A DNA stretch of 64,000 bases from a virus. Taxonomy: Duplodnaviria; Heunggongvirae; Uroviricota; Caudoviricetes. Shown piece after piece: positions 28,999 through 37,679 of this stretch. Position 1 is the stretch's first letter. Every line of letters starts with the position of its first letter. Location of the stretch: IMG/VR virus record IMGVR_UViG_3300008262_000052; one strand, given 5' to 3'. Both the position numbers and the translations under genes were made by a program. The notes below the pieces were generated by a model, which searched no databases, was not told the DNA's origin, and saw only the letters and a list, made by a program, of their open reading frames with translations.

Positions 28999-29250
28999 AT
29001 GAACTGGTTTAGAAATCTATTCTTGAAAGAAGCAAATGAAAACCCCGGAGCATCAGAAATCTCTGTTAGAGTTGCTGAAATTCAGGCCCGCATCGCCGCT
29101 ATTAGAAGCCGCAATGGATGGGACCAAGAACCCTATAAAAATTCTAAAGCACAATCCCAGTATGTGGTGGCGGAAGAAAAACACCCGGTAAAAAATAAAT
29201 CTCAAGAAATGGATGCACTAAAAGCAAAACTGTTAGGAAAAAAATTGTGA
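28999..29250 (+). CDS. hypothetical protein
   Basis: 83 aa ORF coupled to the cyclase gene. Confidence 0.4.
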   Translation: MNWFRNLFLKEANENPGASEISVRVAEIQARIAAIRSRNGWDQEPYKNSKAQSQYVVAEEKHPVKNKSQEMDALKAKLLGKKL

Positions 29251-31289
29251 AAAAACTGTTATTATCACCTGTTTGGAGCATTGTAATTTTAGGGTTGTTG
29301 GGCTGGTTACAGTTCAGTAACCCTGATTTTTTGGAAAGTCTACGTTTACGATATTTTGATCAGTTGATAGTAAATCAAGCACCTGTAGAAAATAACATTT
29401 ATACAGTTAATATAGATGAAGCAAGTATTACTGCTCGCGGTCAGTGGCCTTGGCCAAGAGGCGATTATGCTAAACTAATAGAGGATCTATATGCACGTGG
29501 CGCAGGACTAGTTGTGTTTAACGTGTTGATGAGCGAAACAGACAGAGCAGGACAAGACAGGATACTATCAACTACTATGGGTAATTATCCTGTTGTAGTT
29601 ACAATGTTAGGAACTGAGGAAAATAAAAATGAACCAATCAACCCTGGTGCTAGTATCATTAATAGTGACTTTATTGATCTTATCCCTGCCGTGCCTGGCA
29701 TCACAGCAAACGTGCCTGCCATTGAAAATGCAGCAGTTGGGTCAGGAATTATCAATACCTTTCCAGAAATTGATGGAGTTGTCAGACGTGCTCCGCTAGT
29801 ACTAGAAAGTGGAGGAATACTATACCCTAACGTTACTATGGAAGTGCTTAGAGTTCTAGCAGGGGATCCTAGTTTCCAAATCAAATTATCACCGTTGGGA
29901 GTTGACAAATTACGAATTCCGCAATACGGTGTACTACAAACTGATGGACTTGGTAGAGTATGGTTAGACTGGAGTCAAGGCTTTAGCAGTCACAGTGCAG
30001 CAGAACTACCTGCAGACTTTGCCGGAGGTATAGTATTTGTAGGTCCTACTGCGGCTGGCATTACACAACCAATTGCAACAGCCAAAGGCGGCGTGTGGCC
30101 ACATGAACTACAGGCTATGATGTTAGGCACAGTGTTTAATGCAAGTAACATAGAACGCCCTGCATGGTCACCAGGTGCCGAATTATTAGCATTTGTACTT
30201 GCCGGATTAGCACTAATAGTTGCTGCACGTTGGACTTATGCGGGCATTGGCATTTTTGTAATACTTGTAGGTGGGTCAATCGGTGGTAGCATCTATGCCT
30301 TTGCTACCTACAACTTCTTGATTGATGGATTTTTACCTGCGGCGTTTCTATTGCTTGTAGGTATTATACGTTATGTAATCAAATTTGTAAGTGAGTTCTT
30401 ACAAAAGCAAGCAATCAAGAAACAGTTCGAAGGATATGCATCACCTGCCGTAGTTAAGTTATTGCAAACAAACCCAGATCTTGTCAAGAAAGGCATGAAG
30501 AAAGAAGTAAGCATACTGTTTAGCGATTTACGTGGCTTTACACCATTAGGTGAAAGTTTCGGCGACGATGTTGCAGGACTTACTAAAATAATGAATGGAT
30601 ACATGGATGCTATCACACAGCCTGTGCTAGATGCAAACGGTATGATTATTAAATATATCGGTGATGCAAGTATGCATATACACAATGCACCAGTAGACGA
30701 TCCTGAACATGCAAAGACAGCAGTTGCTACTGGTTTAAAAATGTTACGAGCAGTAGAGAATTTTAATGAAACAGTCATCATACCCCAAGGAAGACCACCA
30801 GTTGGCATGGGCGCCGGAATCAACACAGGTCTCGGATACATCGGAGAAATGGGGTCAACCAAACGTCACAGTTACGACGTACTTGGAGACGCAGTCAGCA
30901 CCGCCGCAAGAATCGAATCAAAATGTAAAGAATACGGCTGCTTATTACTCGTGGGTGGCGCTACAGTAGAACAGTGCAAAGACGAATTCTTCTTCCTCAA
31001 AGTAGATGACTTAGCAGTTAAAGGTAAAACTGTAGGTGTTGCTATCTATACTGTATTAGACGATGTTAAACCAACATGGAAAACCAGTAAAAAACATCAT
31101 GATCAAATGCACAAACTATATCGTATGAAACAGTTTGATGAAGCAATAGAACAGTGTAATTTAATTCGCAGAGCATTTGACGGCAAAATGGAAAAATACT
31201 ACGATATGTGGATTGAACGTTGTGAATACATGAAAACGCAAACATTGCCAGCAGATTGGAATGGCGTGTTTATTGCCCTGACAAAGTAG
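29247..31289 (+). CDS. membrane CHASE2-sensor class III adenylate/guanylate cyclase
   Basis: N-terminal TM, periplasmic CHASE2-like region, three TM helices. Catalytic domain VSILFSDLRGFTPLGESFGDD...IKYIGDASMH...GAGINTGLGYIGEMGSTKRHSYDVLGDAVSTAARIES matches the CYCc pattern (F.D..GFT, GD, RI.S). GTG start. Confidence 0.8.
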   Translation: MKKLLLSPVWSIVILGLLGWLQFSNPDFLESLRLRYFDQLIVNQAPVENNIYTVNIDEASITARGQWPWPRGDYAKLIEDLYARGAGLVVFNVLMSETDRAGQDRILSTTMGNYPVVVTMLGTEENKNEPINPGASIINSDFIDLIPAVPGITANVPAIENAAVGSGIINTFPEIDGVVRRAPLVLESGGILYPNVTMEVLRVLAGDPSFQIKLSPLGVDKLRIPQYGVLQTDGLGRVWLDWSQGFSSHSAAELPADFAGGIVFVGPTAAGITQPIATAKGGVWPHELQAMMLGTVFNASNIERPAWSPGAELLAFVLAGLALIVAARWTYAGIGIFVILVGGSIGGSIYAFATYNFLIDGFLPAAFLLLVGIIRYVIKFVSEFLQKQAIKKQFEGYASPAVVKLLQTNPDLVKKGMKKEVSILFSDLRGFTPLGESFGDDVAGLTKIMNGYMDAITQPVLDANGMIIKYIGDASMHIHNAPVDDPEHAKTAVATGLKMLRAVENFNETVIIPQGRPPVGMGAGINTGLGYIGEMGSTKRHSYDVLGDAVSTAARIESKCKEYGCLLLVGGATVEQCKDEFFFLKVDDLAVKGKTVGVAIYTVLDDVKPTWKTSKKHHDQMHKLYRMKQFDEAIEQCNLIRRAFDGKMEKYYDMWIERCEYMKTQTLPADWNGVFIALTK

Positions 31290-31509
31290 ATTTTTTACTC
31301 TCATATGTTAACATCAGTGATGTCAATTCTTCTTGTTTAACAAGCCACCCATCCTTGTTAACTATAAAAACATCACCGGGTTGATACAACGGACGTTTCT
31401 TGTTTCCGGGATTGCCCTGTCTGTCGAGCCCCATAACTTCTCCAGGCCATTCACCTTCGACTCTAAAATTGCCGCCGGCTTGAGTTATATTATAATCTAT
31501 CCAAATCAT
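31270..31509 (-). CDS. hypothetical protein (uncertain)
   Basis: Minus-strand ORF convergent with the cyclase gene. Lies beyond the bidirectional terminator and has a weak RBS. Confidence 0.25.
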   Translation of the reverse strand: MIWIDYNITQAGGNFRVEGEWPGEVMGLDRQGNPGNKKRPLYQPGDVFIVNKDGWLVKQEELTSLMLTYESKKSTLSGQ

Positions 31510-31566
31510 GCTAGTTTTGCCTTTTTGTTCTATGTCTTATACATATATATCAGATACAAAATAAAA

Positions 31567-31603
31567 AAGCAGACAAGGAGCCCACAGGCTCCTTGTTATT
31601 ATT
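31567..31603. terminator. bidirectional rho-independent terminator
   Basis: CAAGGAGCC-CACA-GGCTCCTTG flanked by A-runs on one side and T-rich sequence on the other. Sits between the convergent + and - gene blocks. Confidence 0.7.
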
Positions 31604-31618
31604 CAAATAAAACGTTCG

Positions 31619-31954
31619 TTATGAACGACTCATATAAGCACTGGATCCGAAGAATGATGCTACTACGCCTGCTTGTGCAATGTAGAACATGCTTAGGATA
31701 TTATCCAATGCTGCCAATCTTTCAATTCCAATAAAAGGTAAAAACAATAGTACTGTAAAGACAACCATACTTAACATGGCTACCCATGCCATTCTTCTAA
31801 GTTGGTCTTCTTTTTGATCCTTGTTTTCTAAGTCAACAATACGTTCTGCTTTTGCAAGTTCGTCGTCGGAAACAACTCCGTCGCCGTCTGTGTCAAACTT
31901 GTTGAACTGACTGTCTTCTTGTAGTGTTTTTGGTGTTCTTGGTGTTCTTGCCAT
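31619..31954 (-). CDS. membrane protein with EF-hand-like Ca-binding loop
   Basis: FDTDGDGVVSDDEL is a canonical DxDxDG EF-hand loop. C-terminal TM helix. Confidence 0.5.
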   Translation of the reverse strand: MARTPRTPKTLQEDSQFNKFDTDGDGVVSDDELAKAERIVDLENKDQKEDQLRRMAWVAMLSMVVFTVLLFLPFIGIERLAALDNILSMFYIAQAGVVASFFGSSAYMSRS

Positions 31955-31971
31955 TTCTGGTTCTCCCTCTA

Positions 31972-32316
31972 TTATTTTTTTTTATCTTCTCTGCCAGTGC
32001 TGTTGAACACTTGACTTCGACTTTGATACTTGTTGATTATTTCATCAAGATCATCTTTTTTATCCTGTGGTAACATATCTAGGTGCTGGCGATATTCTAA
32101 TACCATTGTTAGTTTGCTGTTTAGACGTATCATGTCGTTGTCTAACATGCGTACACGATCAACAAGTTTAATCAATGTACCCATTGTTTCGCCAACAACT
32201 GGATCAATTTCTTCGGTTACCCATTTCCATATAAAGAAAACAAAGTAGCCCATGCCCATTGCTGCAATGATAGGAAATCCAAAGTCTTTAATTGCACCTG
32301 CTATGTCAAATTCCAT
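31972..32316 (-). CDS. small membrane protein (paralogue A)
   Basis: MEFDIAGAIKDFGFPIIAAMGMGYFVFFIWKW..., paralogous to the next gene. ATGA overlap. Confidence 0.5.
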   Translation of the reverse strand: MEFDIAGAIKDFGFPIIAAMGMGYFVFFIWKWVTEEIDPVVGETMGTLIKLVDRVRMLDNDMIRLNSKLTMVLEYRQHLDMLPQDKKDDLDEIINKYQSRSQVFNSTGREDKKK

Positions 32317-32594
32317 TAGTCACGTCTCGCATCATTTTTACCTTCGTTTGCAGCAATACGATCTATGTTAGGCTTAACACTCAATGCATAACTCAATAAT
32401 GCATCAATTTTAACTAAATCATTATTCATAGTTTGCACACGGTTATCCAGTTGTGCAATAATATTCTTTAGAGTTGTAACACTTCCAGTTACTCCTGCTA
32501 GAATAAACTTTAGTGTTAAGAAAACAAATCCCCCGGCTGCTAATGCCCCGGCTATAGGAAAGCCTACTTCGCCAACAAGTGATAAAAAATCCAT
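32316..32594 (-). CDS. small membrane protein (paralogue B)
   Basis: MDFLSLVGEVGFPIAGALAAGGFVFLTLKF... shares the M-D/E-F...GFPI.A....G.FVF N-terminus and a coiled C-terminus with the downstream paralogue. Confidence 0.5.
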   Translation of the reverse strand: MDFLSLVGEVGFPIAGALAAGGFVFLTLKFILAGVTGSVTTLKNIIAQLDNRVQTMNNDLVKIDALLSYALSVKPNIDRIAANEGKNDARRD

Positions 32595-32847
32595 AAGTGC
32601 GCCCTCACGCCTTGCGTATTGTATTTAGCGCAGTCAACGACTTTTTAAAATAGCACTTGACAAGTGCTAAGATCTATCGTAGTCTAGTAACAGCAGTAGA
32701 GTGCCGCGCTTGGTCCGTCGCGGCCTACTGCCGAAACCATAAATCTTAACTAACGAAATCTATGACTACGAATCTCAAAGTTAGTTAAGGGTCACAAGCA
32801 CTCGTCCAACAGTGTGTGGCTAACGGATCGCCAAACAAGGAAGAACA

Positions 32848-33030
32848 ATGCGCTGGGAAATAGTAACAGAAAAAAATAGATATATAGTTAGTGCTACCAG
32901 CAGCGGCAATGCTGTTGCACATGTTAAAGAAAAAAAGAAAGACAACAGTACATTGAAAAGTGTTAAATTAATGCCAAAGAACTTGGTAGATACTCTACAA
33001 GGCAAATGGAGAGAACGTTTTGGTAAATAA
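32848..33030 (+). CDS. hypothetical protein
   Basis: 60 aa ORF after the divergent intergenic region. Confidence 0.35.
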   Translation: MRWEIVTEKNRYIVSATSSGNAVAHVKEKKKDNSTLKSVKLMPKNLVDTLQGKWRERFGK

Positions 33031-33202
33031 AACGTATTCAGTTGAAGAAGTGTTTCAAGACATCAACGGCGACCCTGAGAACGTGTTAATGAATATTCCT
33101 CAGGAAATTGCTGAACAGTTGGGCTGGAAACCAGGCGACGTCTTAAAGATTGAAGTGTTAGAAGAAGGTGGCGTCGCTATATCCAAGGTAGAGAATGGCT
33201 AA
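33020..33202 (+). CDS. AbrB/MazE-like swapped-hairpin small protein
   Basis: [26 protein letters not shown] resembles the SpoVT/AbrB domain. Confidence 0.45.
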   Translation: MVNKTYSVEEVFQDINGDPENVLMNIPQEIAEQLGWKPGDVLKIEVLEEGGVAISKVENG

Positions 33203-33410
33203 AGAAGATATATTAGAATTAGAAGGCAGTATCATAGAGGTACTGCCCAATCAAACATTTCGTGTTGAATTAGAAAACGGGCATAGAGTAACCTGTTATA
33301 CTGGAGGCAAAATGCGCCAGTTCAAAATTCGCCTGGTACAAGGTGATCGTGTTAAAATTGAAATGACACCATACGATCTTGACAAAGGCAGAATTATGTT
33401 TAGAATTTAA
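33195..33410 (+). CDS. infA: translation initiation factor IF-1
   Basis: [70 protein letters not shown] is collinear with bacterial InfA ([70 protein letters not shown]). Confidence 0.9.
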   Translation: MAKEDILELEGSIIEVLPNQTFRVELENGHRVTCYTGGKMRQFKIRLVQGDRVKIEMTPYDLDKGRIMFRI

Positions 33411-33411
33411 C

Positions 33412-33440
33412 TTGACAACAGACTAATCATCGTTTATATT
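33412..33440 (+). promoter_or_regulatory. sigma70-like promoter TTGACA-N17-TATATT
   Basis: Upstream of the 33498 gene. Confidence 0.6.
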
Positions 33441-33497
33441 AACTAAAGCGAAGGGCATTGTGCTCCTAGCAGTTGAATTGTTCAATGGAGAAAATAA

Positions 33498-34556
33498 ATG
33501 AACAAACGTGCGACCCGTAAACTTACGGATATAATTGCCGACGTCAAAGTCGATCTTGCTGCCAATTTTGCTATCAAAGATGAAAATCTTGCGATCTTTC
33601 GTAATCGTGTAGATGTCAACGGACATAAATTTCCCGAAGGTGGAAAACTTGTTCCAATCAACGAACTTTGGATTGACTACGAAGTTCAACGTGATGTAAT
33701 CATCAAACACATCATTACCATTCTTAAAAAATATGATCCTCGTCTTTGCACACCTGCATCTGCTTGCCGTGTGAATGGTGCAAAACAAATTCTAACCTAT
33801 GACGGGCAACACCGTACTATTGCAACTGCATTGCTTGGCTACGAACATGTTCCTTGCACTGTTGTAAACACCGACGACCCTGCATTTCCTAGTTATGCAT
33901 TTGAAGAACTCAACGAGTCTGGTGTTAAGAAACTGAGCCCCGGCGATCTGCATCGTAACGCTCTTACTCGTTACAAACTTGGCAGTACCGAAGAAAAGAA
34001 CTTCAAGGCTCGTACTATGCAGGATCAATTTGATGAGAACGGAATTGATCTTGAAGACAAAGGCACTCGTCGTAGTGTTAAATTGCGCGGATCCAACGAT
34101 TACTTCTTTTCACACTTTGCATATGCCTACAAAGGCATCGACGTTGACAAGAGCGGCAAAACCCTTGACAGTATTCTCAATGCAATTGTAACTGTGTACA
34201 AACACGACGAAGAAGTTAACCAAGACTTGTACATCGGGCTATATGAACTGAGCCGTCTTGATAGTCGTCAGGAACTGCCTGATGGTTGGATGCTAGAAGT
34301 TCTGCAAACCATTGCACAAACATTCAATCGCAGTACTTCGGTTAATGGTTCTTTGTTCAAAGAAAAAGCAAAACTGCAAGTGAGTTATGTTTCGCCGGGT
34401 CGCGGTTGGGATGCACCAAACATTATGTCTAACTTCATTCGTGAACTGTACATAATCAACGGCGGCAAACTCAACCTTCCTTACCACGGCGACGGTGCAA
34501 AACTTCAACTTGCTGAAAATCCTGCTCCTGGACTGTTTCCTAAAAAGGCTGCTTAA
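33498..34556 (+). CDS. DGQHR-domain protein (DndB/DpdB-like, ParB-type nuclease fold)
   Basis: ILTYDGQHRTIA contains the literal DGQHR signature of the DndB/DpdB DNA-modification accessory family. Confidence 0.6.
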   Translation: MNKRATRKLTDIIADVKVDLAANFAIKDENLAIFRNRVDVNGHKFPEGGKLVPINELWIDYEVQRDVIIKHIITILKKYDPRLCTPASACRVNGAKQILTYDGQHRTIATALLGYEHVPCTVVNTDDPAFPSYAFEELNESGVKKLSPGDLHRNALTRYKLGSTEEKNFKARTMQDQFDENGIDLEDKGTRRSVKLRGSNDYFFSHFAYAYKGIDVDKSGKTLDSILNAIVTVYKHDEEVNQDLYIGLYELSRLDSRQELPDGWMLEVLQTIAQTFNRSTSVNGSLFKEKAKLQVSYVSPGRGWDAPNIMSNFIRELYIINGGKLNLPYHGDGAKLQLAENPAPGLFPKKAA

Positions 34557-35102
34557 ATGCTCAAAGAAGCAATTGAACGTTTTCGCGAACCTGTATATGT
34601 TCGCACTAAACGTAACCTAGAATCGTATGCTGCTACGGCAGCATACGTTACTAACAATCTTACTCGTCTTGTTTACCTGTATCATAATACCAAAAACGAT
34701 GAACAGACTTATCGTTTGATTCGTGATGATATCGACAATGCACTGCGGCGTTATCATGGCTACTGCATCAAAGAAAACTTTGGCGCACACTACGTTGAAG
34801 TAGGGCTCGAAGGCAACGGAATTTTTGAACACATGGTTCCTAACAGCACCGTTCGAGATCTATTGTTGGCTGGTGTAATTACTCCTACACAGGCTTGCAA
34901 TATGCCCACAGCACGTATCAGCGTAGAAAAAGACACACTGCTACGTGAAAAGGGTTGGGCTAGCCGCACACCAGATATCTATAACTTTTGGTGCCGCTAT
35001 CAGTATTGCTTTGATACAGCAAATCTGTTTGTAACTCACGACGGTGTATCAGTAGACACAACTATGACCCTAGCAGATCACTTTAGGTTGTTTTTGTCTT
35101 GA
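34557..35102 (+). CDS. hypothetical protein
   Basis: Directly abuts the DGQHR gene stop. Confidence 0.45.
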   Translation: MLKEAIERFREPVYVRTKRNLESYAATAAYVTNNLTRLVYLYHNTKNDEQTYRLIRDDIDNALRRYHGYCIKENFGAHYVEVGLEGNGIFEHMVPNSTVRDLLLAGVITPTQACNMPTARISVEKDTLLREKGWASRTPDIYNFWCRYQYCFDTANLFVTHDGVSVDTTMTLADHFRLFLS

Positions 35103-35127
35103 CACCATGATAAATTGATGTTATACT
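35099..35127 (+). promoter_or_regulatory. sigma70-like promoter TTGACA-N17-TATACT
   Basis: Upstream of the 35152 gene. Confidence 0.55.
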
Positions 35128-35151
35128 TATTAAAATTTAAAGGAACATACA

Positions 35152-35712
35152 ATGCTAAACACAGAAATCCTAACAGATCTAAAGGCGTTTAATTGGCAAG
35201 GAATTGTTGAATATGGAAACTCTCTTGAAGACTTTAATGATGCACAATGGAGATTTCTCAAAGGTCTGATTGCAGAACTAACAGTAGAAACACACTCAAA
35301 CAATAATCTAAAATATGTCGGTGAAGATCACAGAGATTACGTTTGGCCAAAACACAACATCGACGTTGAATTAAAAAGTCAACTCAGCGATAATATGTAC
35401 AAAAAAGATGGTAGTCTACGTAAAAACTACGAAGTAAAACTAAGCAACACAAATGGCACCAACAAGAACAAAACCTTGCCCGAATCACATGTAGCAGATT
35501 GTGTGATTGTAGTACGCAACGACGGTGCTTTTGTTCTCGACAAAAAGACAGTGTTGAAACATGCCAAAGTTCAAGGCGACGGTGTTGTTGTTAAAGTACC
35601 CAAAGCAGCAATTACGGAAGTTTCTGGTCGTATCCTTTGTGAAAACACGTATAATAATAATCTAAAGCAACTAATTATGGATGCAATTCGCAATGACATT
35701 CCAGGTCTATAA
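35152..35712 (+). CDS. hypothetical protein, possible PD-(D/E)XK nuclease
   Basis: GEDHRDY...IDVELK could be a D...(D/E)xK core. Overlaps the methyltransferase start. Confidence 0.4.
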   Translation: MLNTEILTDLKAFNWQGIVEYGNSLEDFNDAQWRFLKGLIAELTVETHSNNNLKYVGEDHRDYVWPKHNIDVELKSQLSDNMYKKDGSLRKNYEVKLSNTNGTNKNKTLPESHVADCVIVVRNDGAFVLDKKTVLKHAKVQGDGVVVKVPKAAITEVSGRILCENTYNNNLKQLIMDAIRNDIPGL

Positions 35713-36565
35713 TCAAGACTGCATTACAGGAATCAAAGACCACGTTGCCGATGGCAACGTGGATCTTATTTTTACAGATCCGCCTTACGGTATTGACGGC
35801 GACAAACTGGACGCTCACTATCATCGTGACGAAAGTTTTGTTGTACCTGGGTATGTGGACGTTCCTTTAGAAACCTATGCACAGTTTAGCAAAGACTGGA
35901 TCGGCGAATGTGCTAGAGTACTACGTCCGGGCGGCAGTATCTATATTGTAAGTGGTTATACAAACCTTCATCATATTCTAAATGCATTGCACAGCACTGA
36001 CTTGAAAGAAGTCAATCATATCATTGCAAAATACAGTTTTGGTGTGAGTACAAAAAACAAGTGGGTCAGCAGTCACTATCACATTCTGTTTTGGCAAAAG
36101 CCCGATAAGGGCAAGCAAACAAGAACATTCAACAGTAATGTTTATTTCACAGATCAAAAAGACAGTTATCACGACCGTCTTACAGTGCAGGACATGCCTC
36201 GGGCTCATAATCCTGGACAATTGAAAAACAAGAATCAACTCAACGAATCGTTTATTGAAAAATTTGTTCTTTACAGCAGCAACAGAGGCGATGTTGTGAT
36301 GGATCCGTTCTGCGGAGGATTTACCACAGCCAGAACCGCACTACGCTATGGAAGAAAATTTGTTGGGTTTGAGATGAATAAAAATGCCTATGATGCATTT
36401 GTTCCTACACTGGACTCAGTCAAGGCTTTGCCAGATCCTACTCCAAAGAGTCCAGAAGCAGAAGAACTTGCCAAGAGAGAAAAAATGCGCGAAGGCTGGC
36501 GCAAAGACAGAAAAAAGAAAAAAGAACTAGATCCTAAATTGTTCGAAGTTAACAAAAAAAAATAA
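35681..36565 (+). CDS. DNA methyltransferase, beta-class (N6-adenine or N4-cytosine)
   Basis: Motif IV LIFTDPPYGI precedes motif I VMDPFCGGFTT (circular permutation of the beta class, PF01555-like). Lys-rich tail. Confidence 0.85.
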   Translation: MQFAMTFQVYNQDCITGIKDHVADGNVDLIFTDPPYGIDGDKLDAHYHRDESFVVPGYVDVPLETYAQFSKDWIGECARVLRPGGSIYIVSGYTNLHHILNALHSTDLKEVNHIIAKYSFGVSTKNKWVSSHYHILFWQKPDKGKQTRTFNSNVYFTDQKDSYHDRLTVQDMPRAHNPGQLKNKNQLNESFIEKFVLYSSNRGDVVMDPFCGGFTTARTALRYGRKFVGFEMNKNAYDAFVPTLDSVKALPDPTPKSPEAEELAKREKMREGWRKDRKKKKELDPKLFEVNKKK

Positions 36566-36568
36566 AGA

Positions 36569-36597
36569 TTGACAACCCGTGCGTCTTGTTGTATGTT
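36569..36597 (+). promoter_or_regulatory. sigma70-like promoter TTGACA-N17-TATGTT
   Basis: Upstream of the 36626 gene. Confidence 0.6.
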
Positions 36598-36625
36598 GAA
36601 CATGTAGGCACACAACGAGGCGGCT

Positions 36626-37330
36626 ATGGATACGTTTTCAACTGATGAAGCACTTAAACTATCATTTGCTATCTATCGTATCAACAAAAACTACTACAAA
36701 GAAACTGTATACGATAAGGATGGCAATGTTTCCTTTTGGGGCAACAAGGATGCTATCAAGTTTATGTTTGCTCTCAAGGCCATCAGCGAAGGCAGCAAGA
36801 ATCACTGGGTTCCTGAACAGTTCGAGCCTGTTGAAGTTACGAATGAAGATGTTGCTGCTCTAGAATCTGCCCGCAGTCATTTCAAGCGTTACACGTTTCT
36901 TATGATTGGCAACGATCTCAGTCAGTTTCAGCGTGATACGTTTGCTGCGTTTAGCAGCGAAGAATGTACACCTAAGAATGTAGGCTTTGTTGCTTATGTT
37001 CCTGCAATGATTCAACGAGAACTGCACGATCTTGCTTACCGTCGTCGTCTCAAAACTGATTTTGTTGATTCTGTGCATTATAACGTTGACAGTTCAATCT
37101 CAGGCGAACTGGAAATCCTTCGTTCGTTTTATCTCAAAGACTACAATCTTTACAGTTATATTGCTGGTGTTGGCGGCAATCTTGTGCATTTTAACAAAGA
37201 CAAAAAATACGAAATCGGCAGTAAATATAGTATAAGGGCAAAAGCCAAAAAGCATGAGATCGAGTATGACACTCGGTTGCCGATGACTAAATTGAATTAC
37301 GTTAAACTTTCATATATTGAGGAAAAATAA
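36626..37330 (+). CDS. hypothetical protein
   Basis: 234 aa, RBS GAGG. Confidence 0.5.
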   Translation: MDTFSTDEALKLSFAIYRINKNYYKETVYDKDGNVSFWGNKDAIKFMFALKAISEGSKNHWVPEQFEPVEVTNEDVAALESARSHFKRYTFLMIGNDLSQFQRDTFAAFSSEECTPKNVGFVAYVPAMIQRELHDLAYRRRLKTDFVDSVHYNVDSSISGELEILRSFYLKDYNLYSYIAGVGGNLVHFNKDKKYEIGSKYSIRAKAKKHEIEYDTRLPMTKLNYVKLSYIEEK

Positions 37331-37542
37331 TGGTTGTTGAATCTTTCATCTTCGGTACCGCAGTTGTGTTTACACTGTTTGGATATTCAGTGGGTCGTAC
37401 AAAAGCAAACTACGATCTGGTTGAACAGTCTGTTTCTACTACCATTGATAGCCTTGCTAAAGATGGCTATCTTAAAACAGTTGGCAGCGGTGACAATATG
37501 ATTATTCTTAAACACGATGACAAAGATGACCAAGCCACTTGA
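37330..37542 (+). CDS. small membrane protein
   Basis: TM helix IFGTAVVFTLFGY. Confidence 0.35.
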   Translation: MVVESFIFGTAVVFTLFGYSVGRTKANYDLVEQSVSTTIDSLAKDGYLKTVGSGDNMIILKHDDKDDQAT

Positions 37543-37679
37543 GTTAGAGCCGTTTTAGCGACTAAAGTCAGACGGTACAGTATCATTTACTAAACATAGG
37601 GAAACAGGCACAATGACTCCAGTGGATATGAAATAGTTTTTTCTTGTCCAATTGCGGTCTATGCCTTATAATAAAAAAT

